Assembly (NCBI GenBank): GCA_951406725.2
Contig: OX597817.1
Location: 155,434,001 to 155,498,000, forward strand
Length of the DNA: 64,000 bases
DNA from: Octopus vulgaris
Taxonomy: Eukaryota
Direction: 5' to 3'
The notes under the pieces are model-generated. The model worked only from the letters and a program-made list of their open reading frames with translations. It was not told the origin of the DNA and did not search any database. This document shows positions 25,900 through 34,499 of the stretch, piece by piece; position 1 is the first letter of the stretch, and every line of letters starts with the position of its first letter. The position numbers and the translations under genes are program-made.

Positions 25900-27588
25900 C
25901 TTTCAGTTTCTATCAACCAAAATCCACTCACAAAGCTTCGGCCAGCTTGGGAAACAATTTAACATTAAACTGAAGGATTATTCAGTACTTCTTAATAAAG
26001 TCCATCTTATAATAATTCTGCTCGTCATTACGTTACTTACCTCTTCGGTAACACTTTCACGTGATTAGAGAAAAGAAAAAGAAGGAGAAAGAAAAGTGGG
26101 AGAGAGAAGCATCCATGATTTGAGGTAGAGGGAATGTAATTGTAATGCTTTCACATCGTTAGTTGAAGGGAAAAAGAGGCTAGGGTGAAAAGTCAGATAG
26201 GAAAAGGGAGAGAGAAGCATCCATGATGTAGGGGGAACATAATATTTATTATGTGATCCAAAAAAGTTAGTTGAAGGTAGTGATATAGAGAAAGAGAGTT
26301 AGAAATATAATTTTAGCAGAGAGGTGATGTTCTGATGGTGAGGTTAAAGAAAGGTACAGAAAAAAGGGAGGACAGGAGAGAGAGAGAGAGAGGAAAAGAG
26401 AGATGGGGAGAGAGATGGTGGAGATGGAGGAGATTGAATAGTGAAAAGTGTATTTTTTTTAATTGGATTAAGTGTTTTATATCACCTATCACTTAATGCA
26501 TGCAAATAAATGCAATTCCGTGAAATATTCACACTTATTTATGTGGGAGATATATACAATTTAACTAAAGATTGTATCATATGTATAGGATATTTTTTTA
26601 TTTTATGGGGGAAATGGAAAAATAAAAGTGAATATTTATTTTATGAGTGTTGTGTATTAAATCTATAAAATTGTGCATAAAGTATATAAAGTGTATATAT
26701 AAAGTGCATTAATTAATCATCATCATCATATTCCAATTTCTTTCACTTTTCAATGAGTAGCAGATGAGTGACTATCTTTCCATACAGACACAATAGAGGC
26801 TACACTTTCAGGCATTTGGGATAAAATTTTCAGAAATAACCCAATAGGTTCACCATTAATTCCATGAAATATTCACAGATCCTGCTAGTATTTATTAATT
26901 TTTAAAAGGAAAAGGTTGACAGTAATTCCAAAGTAGTTTTGGCTAATTCAACTCACCATCATCAGACTAACTAATGAAACAAGAAAGCTGAAACTTCAAA
27001 GTTACTATCAATCTCTATCTTATAAAAATTACCACACACACAGATGGTTGTAGGTATAATGTGGTTAAGAAGTTCACCTCACAGTCTCTAGAATCCGGTT
27101 TCAATTTCACTGTACTGCACTTTTGACAAGTGCATTCGACTATAGCCTCAGGTTAACCCAAATACTGTGAGTGAAATTAAGTAGACGGTGACTGCAGAGA
27201 TGTCTGTCAAATGGATTGCACATGTAATTTGGGTGACAGACCTAATCTACTTCCTTGGTGCTTCAGCAGAGCCCACTCTGTTGCATGCATTCTGATTAGC
27301 TCTCTGATTTGAGGATAACAACACATCATCACAAGTGTGTGAAGTGTGTATGCTTGTCATCGTGGTGGGGAAAATCGTCACCCTAAGAGAACTGCTTGAC
27401 ATAGAAACAAGATAGTAAAAAATTAAACAAACGATATTCTAACCATTGTAATAAAATCCAAAAACTGGTTTCGGCGATTCGTCTAATCCGTAGACATTGA
27501 GTTTGTTCTCTGAAAGTTTATACCATAAACCAGCATCTAAGGCGCTACTGAAGGGTACAAACATCAACTTCTGAGGTTCGGTTGCCAT
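225..27588 (-). CDS. ATG7: ATG7 (ubiquitin-like modifier-activating E1 enzyme), coding exons 1-11; gene continues beyond the left edge
   Basis: Eleven exons splice in one open frame with GT-AG junctions: 27444-27588, 25666-25717, 22751-22868, 20002-20079, 13497-13610, 9939-10085, 4996-5084, 3406-3527, 2586-2676, 1037-1181, 225-383. The product contains ATG7 motifs [71 protein letters not shown] and GWG...[14 protein letters not shown]. Confidence 0.97.
1037..1181 (-). CDS. ATG7: ATG7 exon 10 ([48 protein letters not shown])
   Basis: ctttcag|A...ATT|gtaagt, 145 nt; GxGxxG nucleotide-binding motif of the adenylation domain. Confidence 0.97.
1341..2178 (-). mobile_element. Tandem array of four tRNA-derived SINEs (family A)
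   Basis: A box tggcagaa and B box gagttcaaattcc; central gcctttcatcctttcggggtcgat block; taatgatgatgatacc repeated at 1325, 1931 and 2179. Confidence 0.9.
2586..2676 (-). CDS. ATG7: ATG7 exon 9 ([30 protein letters not shown])
   Basis: ttcaccag|AA...AT|gtaag, 91 nt. Confidence 0.96.
3096..3320. repeat. (CA)n/(CATG) compound microsatellite in ATG7 intron 8
   Basis: Direct reading. Confidence 0.95.
3406..3527 (-). CDS. ATG7: ATG7 exon 8 ([40 protein letters not shown])
   Basis: cttgcag|A...G|gtgagt, 122 nt, phase 2 to 1. Confidence 0.93.
4508..4738 (+). mobile_element. SINE family A, full length, nested in an older SINE
   Basis: TSD tatatcaaccccag. Confidence 0.9.
4996..5084 (-). CDS. ATG7: ATG7 exon 7 ([29 protein letters not shown])
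   Basis: tttacag|GTG...AT|gtaagt, 89 nt; DP...PGWPLRN motif. Confidence 0.95.
6121..6489 (-). mobile_element. Short (GAT)n-tailed element matching the RTE 3' end
   Basis: Same terminal ~170 nt as 33795-33965 plus variant ~60-bp repeats; near-identical to 52371-52735. Confidence 0.85.
6553..6753. repeat. Imperfect 200-bp hairpin, probably a truncated Penelope-like terminus
   Basis: Arms ataactgataacgaagaggagag... / ...ctctcctcttcgttatcaattat; the centre reads GAAAC-ATAT-GTA on the minus strand. Confidence 0.6.
7154..7252 (-). ncRNA. Mirror hammerhead motif with mutated core (CUGAUAA)
   Basis: Opposite arm of the same hairpin; G8 is replaced by A at 7234. Confidence 0.6.
7349..7447 (+). ncRNA. 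Type I minimal hammerhead ribozyme motif (Penelope-type) with intact core
   Basis: Stem I ttccttgtttttc / gagaataaaggaa; CTGATGA at 7362-7368; stem II GAAGGC...GCCTTC; GAAAC-ATAT-GTC, predicted cleavage after 7434. Confidence 0.8.
7589..7796 (+). mobile_element. SINE family A
   Basis: Consensus match; TSD aagtatacttcaa. Confidence 0.85.
8070..8447 (-). mobile_element. Non-autonomous Helitron
   Basis: Minus strand: A|TC start, subterminal hairpin cccgagcaacgccggg, CTAG|T end, no TSD. Confidence 0.8.
8810..9021 (+). mobile_element. SINE family A
   Basis: Consensus match; TSD tatagtgacggc. Confidence 0.88.
9334..9564 (+). mobile_element. SINE family A
   Basis: Consensus match; TSD tatattgtgaatcaag. 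Confidence 0.9.
9939..10085 (-). CDS. ATG7: ATG7 exon 6 ([12 protein letters not shown]...LMSENQK)
   Basis: ttgcag|CTT...AAG|gttagt, 147 nt, phase 0-0; fills the gap between exons 5 and 7. Confidence 0.85.
10159..10629 (+). mobile_element. tRNA-derived SINE family B (CORE-like block, internal TA/TG microsatellite, TAAAAGAG tail)
   Basis: Head aggagtggctgtgtggtaag; ggttcagtccc B box; tgggcaagtg block. Confidence 0.9.
10909..11295 (+). mobile_element. SINE family B
   Basis: Full consensus match. Confidence 0.9.
11660..12072 (-). mobile_element. SINE family A head-to-tail dimer
   Basis: Two units joined at gcagacgaaatacc|tatttc. Confidence 0.9.
13497..13610 (-). CDS. ATG7: ATG7 exon 5 ([38 protein letters not shown])
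   Basis: atacag|GAT...ATG|gtaatt, 114 nt; lies within ORF 13272..13649. Confidence 0.95.
13840..14247. mobile_element. Palindromic non-autonomous element: 141-bp hairpin, 12-bp inverted repeats, 52-bp tandem duplication
   Basis: Hairpin 13840-13980; tttattacacac (13984) / gtgtgtaataaa (14247); direct repeats starting at 14071 and 14123. Confidence 0.6.
15332..15376 (-). ncRNA. Minimal hammerhead ribozyme motif in ATG7 intron 4, sense orientation
   Basis: Minus strand reads tgaac CTGAAGA t-tgca-gaatttaa-tgca-t GAAA gtac TA gttca: 5-bp stem I, palindromic GTAC loop III. Confidence 0.7.
16060..16525 (-). mobile_element. Highly degraded RTE C-terminal fragment
   Basis: Similar to the YLG..S.GG..SV.ARI..GW.KFR region and the RTE 3' end. 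Confidence 0.55.
17463..17683. mobile_element. piggyBac-type MITE, 221 bp
   Basis: TTAA on both sides; TIR cccttttgttac / gtaatgaaaggg. Confidence 0.85.
18524..18930 (+). mobile_element. SINE family B
   Basis: Full consensus match; inverted partner at 19229-19622. Confidence 0.9.
19229..19622 (-). mobile_element. SINE family B
   Basis: Consensus match, reverse strand. Confidence 0.9.
20002..20079 (-). CDS. ATG7: ATG7 exon 4 ([26 protein letters not shown])
   Basis: ttttcag|...|gtaagt, 78 nt. Confidence 0.94.
20148..20593. mobile_element. Nested pair of TTAA MITEs (ccctttagcattt family); other copies near 21920-22130, 24920-25112, 37814-38041, 55931-56122
   Basis: TIR ccctttagcattt / aaatgctaaaggg with TTAA flanks. 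Confidence 0.75.
20950..21231 (-). mobile_element. Fold-back element family, copy 1 (Penelope-like, hammerhead variant)
   Basis: Arms 21020-21113 / 21137-21231; starts ttacggagatgtacttgcatagc as in copies 2 and 3; (TAA)n flanks. Confidence 0.7.
22751..22868 (-). CDS. ATG7: ATG7 exon 3 ([39 protein letters not shown])
   Basis: tattccag|C...CAG|gtgagt, 118 nt, phase 2 to 0; G.L...NT.E.FK motif. Confidence 0.93.
23171..23555 (+). mobile_element. SINE family B flanked by a 129-bp inverted duplication
   Basis: Consensus match; arms 23044-23172 / 23543-23671. Confidence 0.88.
24194..24424 (+). mobile_element. SINE family A nested in an older opposite-strand SINE
   Basis: TSD taagcattttgtccaa. 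Confidence 0.85.
25666..25717 (-). CDS. ATG7: ATG7 exon 2 ([17 protein letters not shown])
   Basis: ttgaccag|GA...AG|gtatg, 52 nt, phase 1 to 2; resembles PARLTLEFSAFD of ATG7. Confidence 0.92.
26005..26888 (+). mobile_element. Possible Helitron-like element in ATG7 intron 1
   Basis: A|TC start and decayed hairpin followed by ctgCTAG|T; purine-rich interior. Confidence 0.45.
27444..27588 (-). CDS. ATG7: ATG7 coding exon 1 ([48 protein letters not shown]+G)
   Basis: ATG at 27588-27586; donor G|GTTAG, phase 1; matches the ATG7 N-terminus. Confidence 0.95.
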
Positions 27589-28862
27589 AATTACGAGGCT
27601 CAGTTGCAGACGACTGTCAGCTTCGTTGGAGAAAAAGTAGTTACAATATTTCAAAGTCCATTGACAAAACTGTCCAAACAACACCACAACTCGTTATCTT
27701 TATTATTATTTGGTATATCAGTTGGTAGGAATAATTCGAGTTTTATCTTGTGAAAAAAAAAACACTTCTATCTCACTAGCAACATCTGGAACGAAAGAAA
27801 GAAAAAATGAGTTAGTGAAGCAAATCAAAACAGACCCTGTTTATTCAAGGGATAAATATATATTTCTAATATTGATACAAAAATTTCTGCATAATTTTGG
27901 GAAAACATAAAATCAATCCCAGGGCTTCAGTGGTATTTTATGGTAACATCTGAAGGATGTCCGCAGGATTTGAACTCTGAAAATAAGAGATTTAATCCGA
28001 CACTGCCATTCACAGCCCTTTCAATAGATAAAAAAAAAAAAGGCAATAAATATTCTATCGTAAAAACAAAAGAATGAATTAAAGTGTCGCTGTCCATTTG
28101 TCCAAGTACAAGTGATCCTTCGTCAGCACATAAAAACACTTCGGCCGATATCAGAACCAAGACAAGCATTTGTAAGACGATGGCATATTGTCAAGTGAAT
28201 CGACTTTAGTCCATGAATGGTACTCGTTTTGTATACAGGGGTTGCATGAAAAGTAAAATTAAACGAACCACTCCCACCACTAAAAATTCAACTTAAGATA
28301 TGAAAAGCTAAAATAGATACTAGTTTGGTTACAAACAAACACGATGCGTGTCAGAGTCCCGTGATAAGCATAAACTAATGTTTCGGACGAGGTCTTTCGT
28401 TAGAAAACAAATAAAGAACATTCAGTTAATTCTACCTTGTCACATCCTCCCACTTTGTCACATTAAACATTAGTAAAAATTTCATGCAGTAAGATTCACA
28501 TTTATCGTATCAAAACATGCGTTACATAACTTGTTTAGCCCCAGGTCAGCCCTGATAGACGGGTTCCATGATCAAAAGTGTTCCAGTCATTACCAATCCG
28601 GTTTTTTTTTCTTTTTCTGGCAGTGTACCAAAATTATCTAATGTCTTTCCCGCCTTTTAAGACGGTAATATGCAGTTTGAAGAAAATTTACAGGGTCATT
28701 TCTAGCTGGTCAAAAAACCATGTTGTGGTAAGATGAACCATAATTGGCCATTCATAAATTTAATACAACTTCACGTTCTTTTGTCAGAACTGACAATATG
28801 TTTCATAAAGTGGTTCCTTCATTGGCATTCCTACATTGCTAGTTATAAATATAAGAACAGTT

Positions 28863-29240
28863 TTACGGAGATGTACTTGCATAGCAAGTGACTTGATCTG
28901 AGATCGTGTGCAGAAACGAAAACAATTGCAGCGTGGAAGGTGTTTATAAGCCATTTAAGAAACACACAAAAACCGTTCGATTCACTTCAACATTTAAGTT
29001 TAAATTGTCAAAATATTTTCGTCGCTTTAAGACAGCGACCTCTTCACTGACAAAAATCGTGATGCATCTCAGAAGAAAAAACAACAGAAGAGATGCAGCA
29101 CGGATTTTTGTCAGTGGAGAGGTCGCGGTCTTAAAGCGACGAAAATATTTTGACAATTTAAACTTAAATGTTGAAGTGAATCGAACGGTTTTTGTGTGTT
29201 TCTTAAATGGCATATAAACACCTTCCACGCTGCAATTGTT
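28863..29240 (-). mobile_element. Fold-back element family, copy 2
   Basis: Arms about 28921-29069 / 29088-29240; flanking direct repeat taagaacag. Confidence 0.72.
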
Positions 29241-30368
29241 TAAGAACAGCTTTATTATTAAACAAAATTATTTTTAACACTTTATATTGTAAGAACTGTC
29301 ACACCACTGAAGACTGGGTCATTGGATTCATTTTTACAAATAAAAATAAACATTGCTCATAGTAGTAAAGTCTTTTGTGTAACAGTACCATAAATAAGGC
29401 AAGGGAGAGGTGTCGACGGGCTTCATTAATTGTAATATTTAGCAAGACGAAAAGAGAGATAGGATGGGGCTTAAAACGTAGACAGCATACATTACCTCAG
29501 GTAGATATGTAATAATTAAAACAATTGAAGAAATATCCACAGCGAATTATCTTCGATCCAATGAAGAGTATAACTAGACGTTAGTAATTAACGTTTGTGA
29601 AGCCAAGTGCTCGATTCAATTGGACTGAATCTGGATATAAACATTGCAGATTTACGTCCCTTCTGTATTCGGTGTTAGCAGAAAGCATGTCACCACTAGA
29701 AACTAATTGAGATCTTCTACACGAACCAGTGTTATCAAAGGAAAACACCTAAAAGCTCCACGAGGCTCCGGCAGGGATGGTGGTGATCCCTGCTGTACTC
29801 TTTCACCACAACTTTCTCTCACTCTTACTTCCTGTTTCTGTTGTACCTGTATTTTTTCAAAGGGCCGGCCTTGTCACTCTCTGTGTCACGCTGAATATCC
29901 CCGAGAACTACGTTAAGGGTGCACGTGTCTGTGGAGTGCTCAGCCACTTACACGTTAATTTCACGAGCAGGCTGTTCCGTTGATTCGGATCAACCGGAAC
30001 CCTCATCGTCGGAACCGACGAAGTGCTTCCACATATCAAAGGAATATTACACTTTAATACGACCTCTATAAATTTACCAAATAGGTTACACTTATCAAAA
30101 TTTACCAAATAAAATGACAAATAAGGAAAAATAATGCTAGTTACTTTATTTGAAAAGAAGCGAAGAAACTATGTCTTTACTAATGAAAATGAGACGACCA
30201 TGCACACAAAAAAAATAGTTAAAATATCTTCTTAGTATATAATGGTGGCAAGTTTTACATCATCTGAAAAGTTATTATTTGAACAATTAGTCCTCCTGCA
30301 TTCTGTGGGGTATCGGAGCGTTTCAGTGACATTAGACCCCAATAAACGCCCATAAATTAAATACACCT

Positions 30369-30966
30369 GGGCCACGATCGTGGCCGGTCGACCTGTGCAT
30401 GACGACCACGATCGTGGCCTGTCGACCTGTGCATGACGACCACGATCGTGGCCTGACGACCACGATCGTAGCCTATCGACCTGTGCATGACGACCACGAT
30501 CGTAGCCTATCGACCTGTACATGACGACTACGATCGTGGCCTATCGACCTGTGCATGACGACCACGATCGTGGCCTATCGACCTGTGCATGACGACCACG
30601 ATCGTGGCCTATCGACCTGTGCATGACGACCACGATCGTAGCCTATCGACCTGTACATGACGACCACGATCGTAGCCTATCGACCTGTGCATGACGACCA
30701 CGATCGTAGCCTATCGACCTGTGCATGACGGCCACGATCGTGGCCTAGCGACCTGTGCATGACGACCACGATCGTGGCCTAGCGACCTGTGCATGACGAC
30801 CACGATCGTGGCCTGACGACCACGATCGTAGCCTATCGACCTGTGCATGACGGCCACGATCGTAGCCTATCGACCTGTGCATGACGGCCACGATCGTGGC
30901 CTATCGACCTGTGCATGACGACCACGATCGTGGCCTATCGACCTGTGCATGACGGCCACGATCGTG
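30369..30966. repeat. 34-bp CpG-rich minisatellite, about 17-18 units
   Basis: Unit gacctgtgcatgacgaccacgatcgtggcctatc containing the palindrome ccacgatcgtgg; two shortened units. Confidence 0.95.
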
Positions 30967-31049
30967 ACCCGTCGCGTTTTATATGTTAATCGGTATTTCC
31001 ATCATTGCTACTTTATTCCTGGGTTAAATATGTGTCTATTGTACAAGTT

Positions 31050-32160
31050 TTATTTGGTGTTGCCAAAGTTAAATGGTCATGTTTGTAGTATGTAATTTCA
31101 GATCATATTTTAATGAGATATCTGCTCCAAGCATTCTATTTCCTGGTTTTGTTTTGATAAAATTCATGTTACCTAATATTCTTTCTCCCTTGGTATTTTA
31201 ATTAATAATGTAAAAGGATTAAGAGCAAATGCTGGCATATTTTTAAAAGGATTTTCACCAGTATTATTTTGATAAAAAAAAAATTCTCCAAATGTTTTCA
31301 TTATTTGTAGTGTTGGATTATTTAAGCAAATAATTACTATTATATTGTAATTCAAAACCTGTTACTTGTAATTTGAATTTATTTATTTCAAAAGAGGAAT
31401 AAATTGATCCTTTACATGTCTCAAAATATTTCCTATGGAAAAAAACATTTAATGTTCTTCAATATGTTAAGATTTTTGGTAATCGATGTTTGACCAGTTT
31501 GTAAAGGTAGATTAGACAATTTTGAGATCTCTTCTTTCAGCTGTTATCTTTTTCTTGTCCATTTCTGTAATATTTTTGTCGAGACTGGAGTGAAGATTAT
31601 GATCTAAAAATTCTTCAATATTAGAAGTAGGATGAAGATGGTCTATTTTGCTAGTTGGTAGTGTAAAGATATGTACAATAGAGTTGATCAAATACCAAAG
31701 TTTCGGTAAATAACCAGGATATACCATTGTTTCAAATGTATTTTATTCTAAAAACTTATCAGCAACTTCTTGAACATGATTTAAAATTAGATGTAAAAAG
31801 CAATAATGCATATTCTTATCATCATCACTGATTCAAAATTCTAATCATAACAGGCTCAATTGATAAGCATTTAGTTGACAACTGTCTAAAATCTTCAATA
31901 GTTCTTTATCATTCATAGCAAGATACAACTGGCTATAAGCTGTTTGGTTGAAGAATCAGAAAACTTTTAAGTTTCTGCTCCCCAAAACCGTGAGTTTCTC
32001 AAAAGACATTCAGCCCCAAAATGGGATAGTGCCAGTTTCAAAGAAAGACAAATACAGCAACACAAGTAATGATGGAACTTCTTTATGCTTCTGGTGGATG
32101 CTGTCATTGAATCCATGATACCAGCATTGTCAGTTCTAATAACTGATAGATTTTTAATCT
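31050..32160 (-). mobile_element. Degraded hAT transposase, middle and C-terminal part
   Basis: KNLSVIRTDNAGIM (TDNA motif), C.C.SL.LA, and GENPFKNMPAFAL...NMNFIKTKPGNRM (dimerisation-domain-like), with many stops. Confidence 0.72.
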
Positions 32161-32232
32161 TAAACAAATAATATTCTGACCATTGTAATAAAATCCAAAA
32201 ATTGGTTTCGGCAAATCGTCTAATCCATAGAC
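32161..32232 (-). pseudogene. ATG7: Duplicated fragment of the ATG7 exon 1 3' end plus intron 1 start
   Basis: Translates as VYGLDDLPKPIFGFYYNG versus [18 protein letters not shown] at 27444-27495. About 20 nt of intron are also similar, and the GT donor is retained. Confidence 0.88.
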
Positions 32233-32619
32233 TGGTCCTGTGCCAGTAGCACATAAAACGTACCATTTGAGCCTGATTGGTGCCAGTGCCTCCTGACTGG
32301 TTCCCGTGCCAGCGGCACATGAAAAGCACCATTCAAGCATGGTCAGTGCCAGTACTGCCTGACTGGCCCTCATGTCGGTTGCATTTAAAAAGCACCCACT
32401 ACACTCTTTGAAAGGTTGGCGTTAGGAATGGCATCAAGCTGTAGAAACCTTGCCAGATCAGACTGGAGCCTGGTGCACCCTTCTGGCTTGCTTGCCAGTC
32501 CTCTGTCAAACTGTCCTAGCCATGCCAGCATGGAAAGTGAACGTTAAACGACGATGATAATGATGATGATGATGATGATGATATATATATATATATATAT
32601 GTATGTATATATTTATATA

Positions 32620-32666
<47 letters not shown>

Positions 32667-33239
32667 ATATTTATATATATATGTATATATACATAAGGTT
32701 AACTGAGTTAGAGGCTAAAATAACTGTCTAAGAGGAAGAGAAGGAGAGAGAGTGATCAAGAATGAGGGCAGAAACAGGTATGCTGCTGCAGAGGAGATAC
32801 CTGGTTACCCTGCTAGAGTGAAGTGTAAGGGAAAGAGAGAGAAAGTGGGAGACAGCAAGAGAGAGAGAGACCAGGAGAGGGATGGGGGCAAAGTGCCAGG
32901 GTATACTCACAAGGGACAAGACTCTGAGCATAGATGGGATGGTAGAGTAAGGAAGGTGCCAGGGCATACCCTCAAGGCATGGAGGTCATAATATACGTGA
33001 CAGGGTATTGCCAGGAAGGAGGGAGTGTAGGTGGGAAATGCAGTGACTGGTAAGAACCTGGGTATACAGAAGGGGTGGGGAAAGCAACAATACAGTGCAG
33101 ACAGAATTGGGGAGTGGAGGATAATTATAGTGTATGATGAGGAATAGAAGAGATGCCGTTTGGGAGAGATGTAGTTTGATTTGTTAGGGTAGGGTGTGTG
33201 AAAATTTTATTATGTGTGGGTAGAACAACACTTCTAGAA

Positions 33240-33783
33240 CTCAATTTCACTGACATGGACAGGTCTTCTTTAGAACCTCATATCACCAGACATCTCATTC
33301 CATTCTCATTTCCTCCATGAACCCCAGCATCTTGAGATTCGTCCTCACCACTTTATTCCATGTCTTCCTGGGTCTCCCTCTTCCACAGGAACCATCCACT
33401 TTCAGTGACCAGCCCTTCCTTATACAGCTGTCTTCATTCATACACATCACATGTCTAAACTAATGTAGTCTCCTCTCTCACATGCTGCATTTGATTCCGC
33501 TTACTTCCAACTTTTCTCTCAACACATTTGTCTATACATGTCCTCTGCATTCAGATCCTACGTCTCACTGCCATGGAGTATAGCTGTTCATACACAAGCC
33601 TCATACAATCTACTTTTCACTCTGAGAGAAAGAGTCCTTTCATTGCCAACAGAGGTAGTAGCTCTCTGAACTTCCCCCATCCTATTCTTATTCTAGAAGT
33701 AATACTTTCAGAGCATTTACCATCATTGCTAATTTGGTCACCTAGGTAACAGAAACTATCTACTAACTCAAGAGATCCTCCTG
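33240..33783 (-). mobile_element. Older degraded RTE LINE C-terminal fragment adjoining the young copy
   Basis: Minus strand resembles YLGDQIS..G..SESITSRIRIGW.KFRELLPLL and GRGRPRKTW, with disruptions. Confidence 0.8.
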
Positions 33784-33962
33784 ATATATATATATCATCA
33801 TCATCATCATCATCGTTTAGCGTCCGCTTTCCATGCTAGCATGGGTTGGACGGGTCAACTGGGGTCTGTGAAGCTGGAAGGCTTCGTCAGGCCCAGTCAG
33901 ATCTGGCAGTGTTTCTACGGCTGGATGCCCTTCCTAACGCCAACCACTCCGCGAGTGTAGTG

Positions 33963-34452
33963 GGTGTTTTTTACATGCTACCTGCACAGGTGCCAGACAG
34001 AGCTGGCGAACGGCCACGAACGGATGGTGCTTTTACGTGTCACCGGCACGGGGCCAAGCGATGCTGGCAACGGACATGAACGGATGGTGCTTTTACGTGC
34101 CACCGACACGGGGCCAGACAGAGCTGGCAAACGGCCACGAACGGACGGTGCTTTTACGTGTCACCGGCACGGGGGCCAGCCGAGGCTGGCAACGGACATG
34201 AACGGATGGTGCTTTTACTTGCCACCGACACGGGGCCAGACAGAGCTGGCAAACGGCCACGAACGGACGGTGCTTTTACGTGTCACCGGCACGGGGCCAG
34301 GCGAGGCTGGCAACGAACATGAACGGATGGTGCTTTTACGTGCCACCGACATGGGGCCAGGCAGAGCTGGCAAACGGCAACGAGCGAATGGTGCTTTTAC
34401 GTATCACCGGCACGGGTGCCAGACGAGGCTGTCAGTGGACACGAACGGATGG
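33963..34452. repeat. About 60-bp tandem repeat (about 8 units) in the RTE 3'UTR
   Basis: Unit ggtgcttttacgtgYcaccgRcacggggccag...gctggcaacggMcaYgaacggaY. Confidence 0.9.
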
Positions 34453-34499
34453 GTCACTTAACCCCTGCTTTCTGATATATGATTTGATTTTGATTGTTC

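Noticed and set aside
28430-29500. Minus-strand donor-like sites near 28435 and 29495 as ATG7 5'UTR exons
   Set aside because: No matching acceptor before the ATG could be identified, and donor-like hexamers are common; needs transcript data.
30369-30966. CRISPR-like array with palindromic repeats
   Set aside because: The sequence between palindromes is repeated rather than unique, there are no cas genes, and the context is eukaryotic. It is a minisatellite.
33964-34461. 165-aa repetitive ORF
   Set aside because: Read-through of the ~60-bp tandem repeat, antisense to the RTE 3'UTR.
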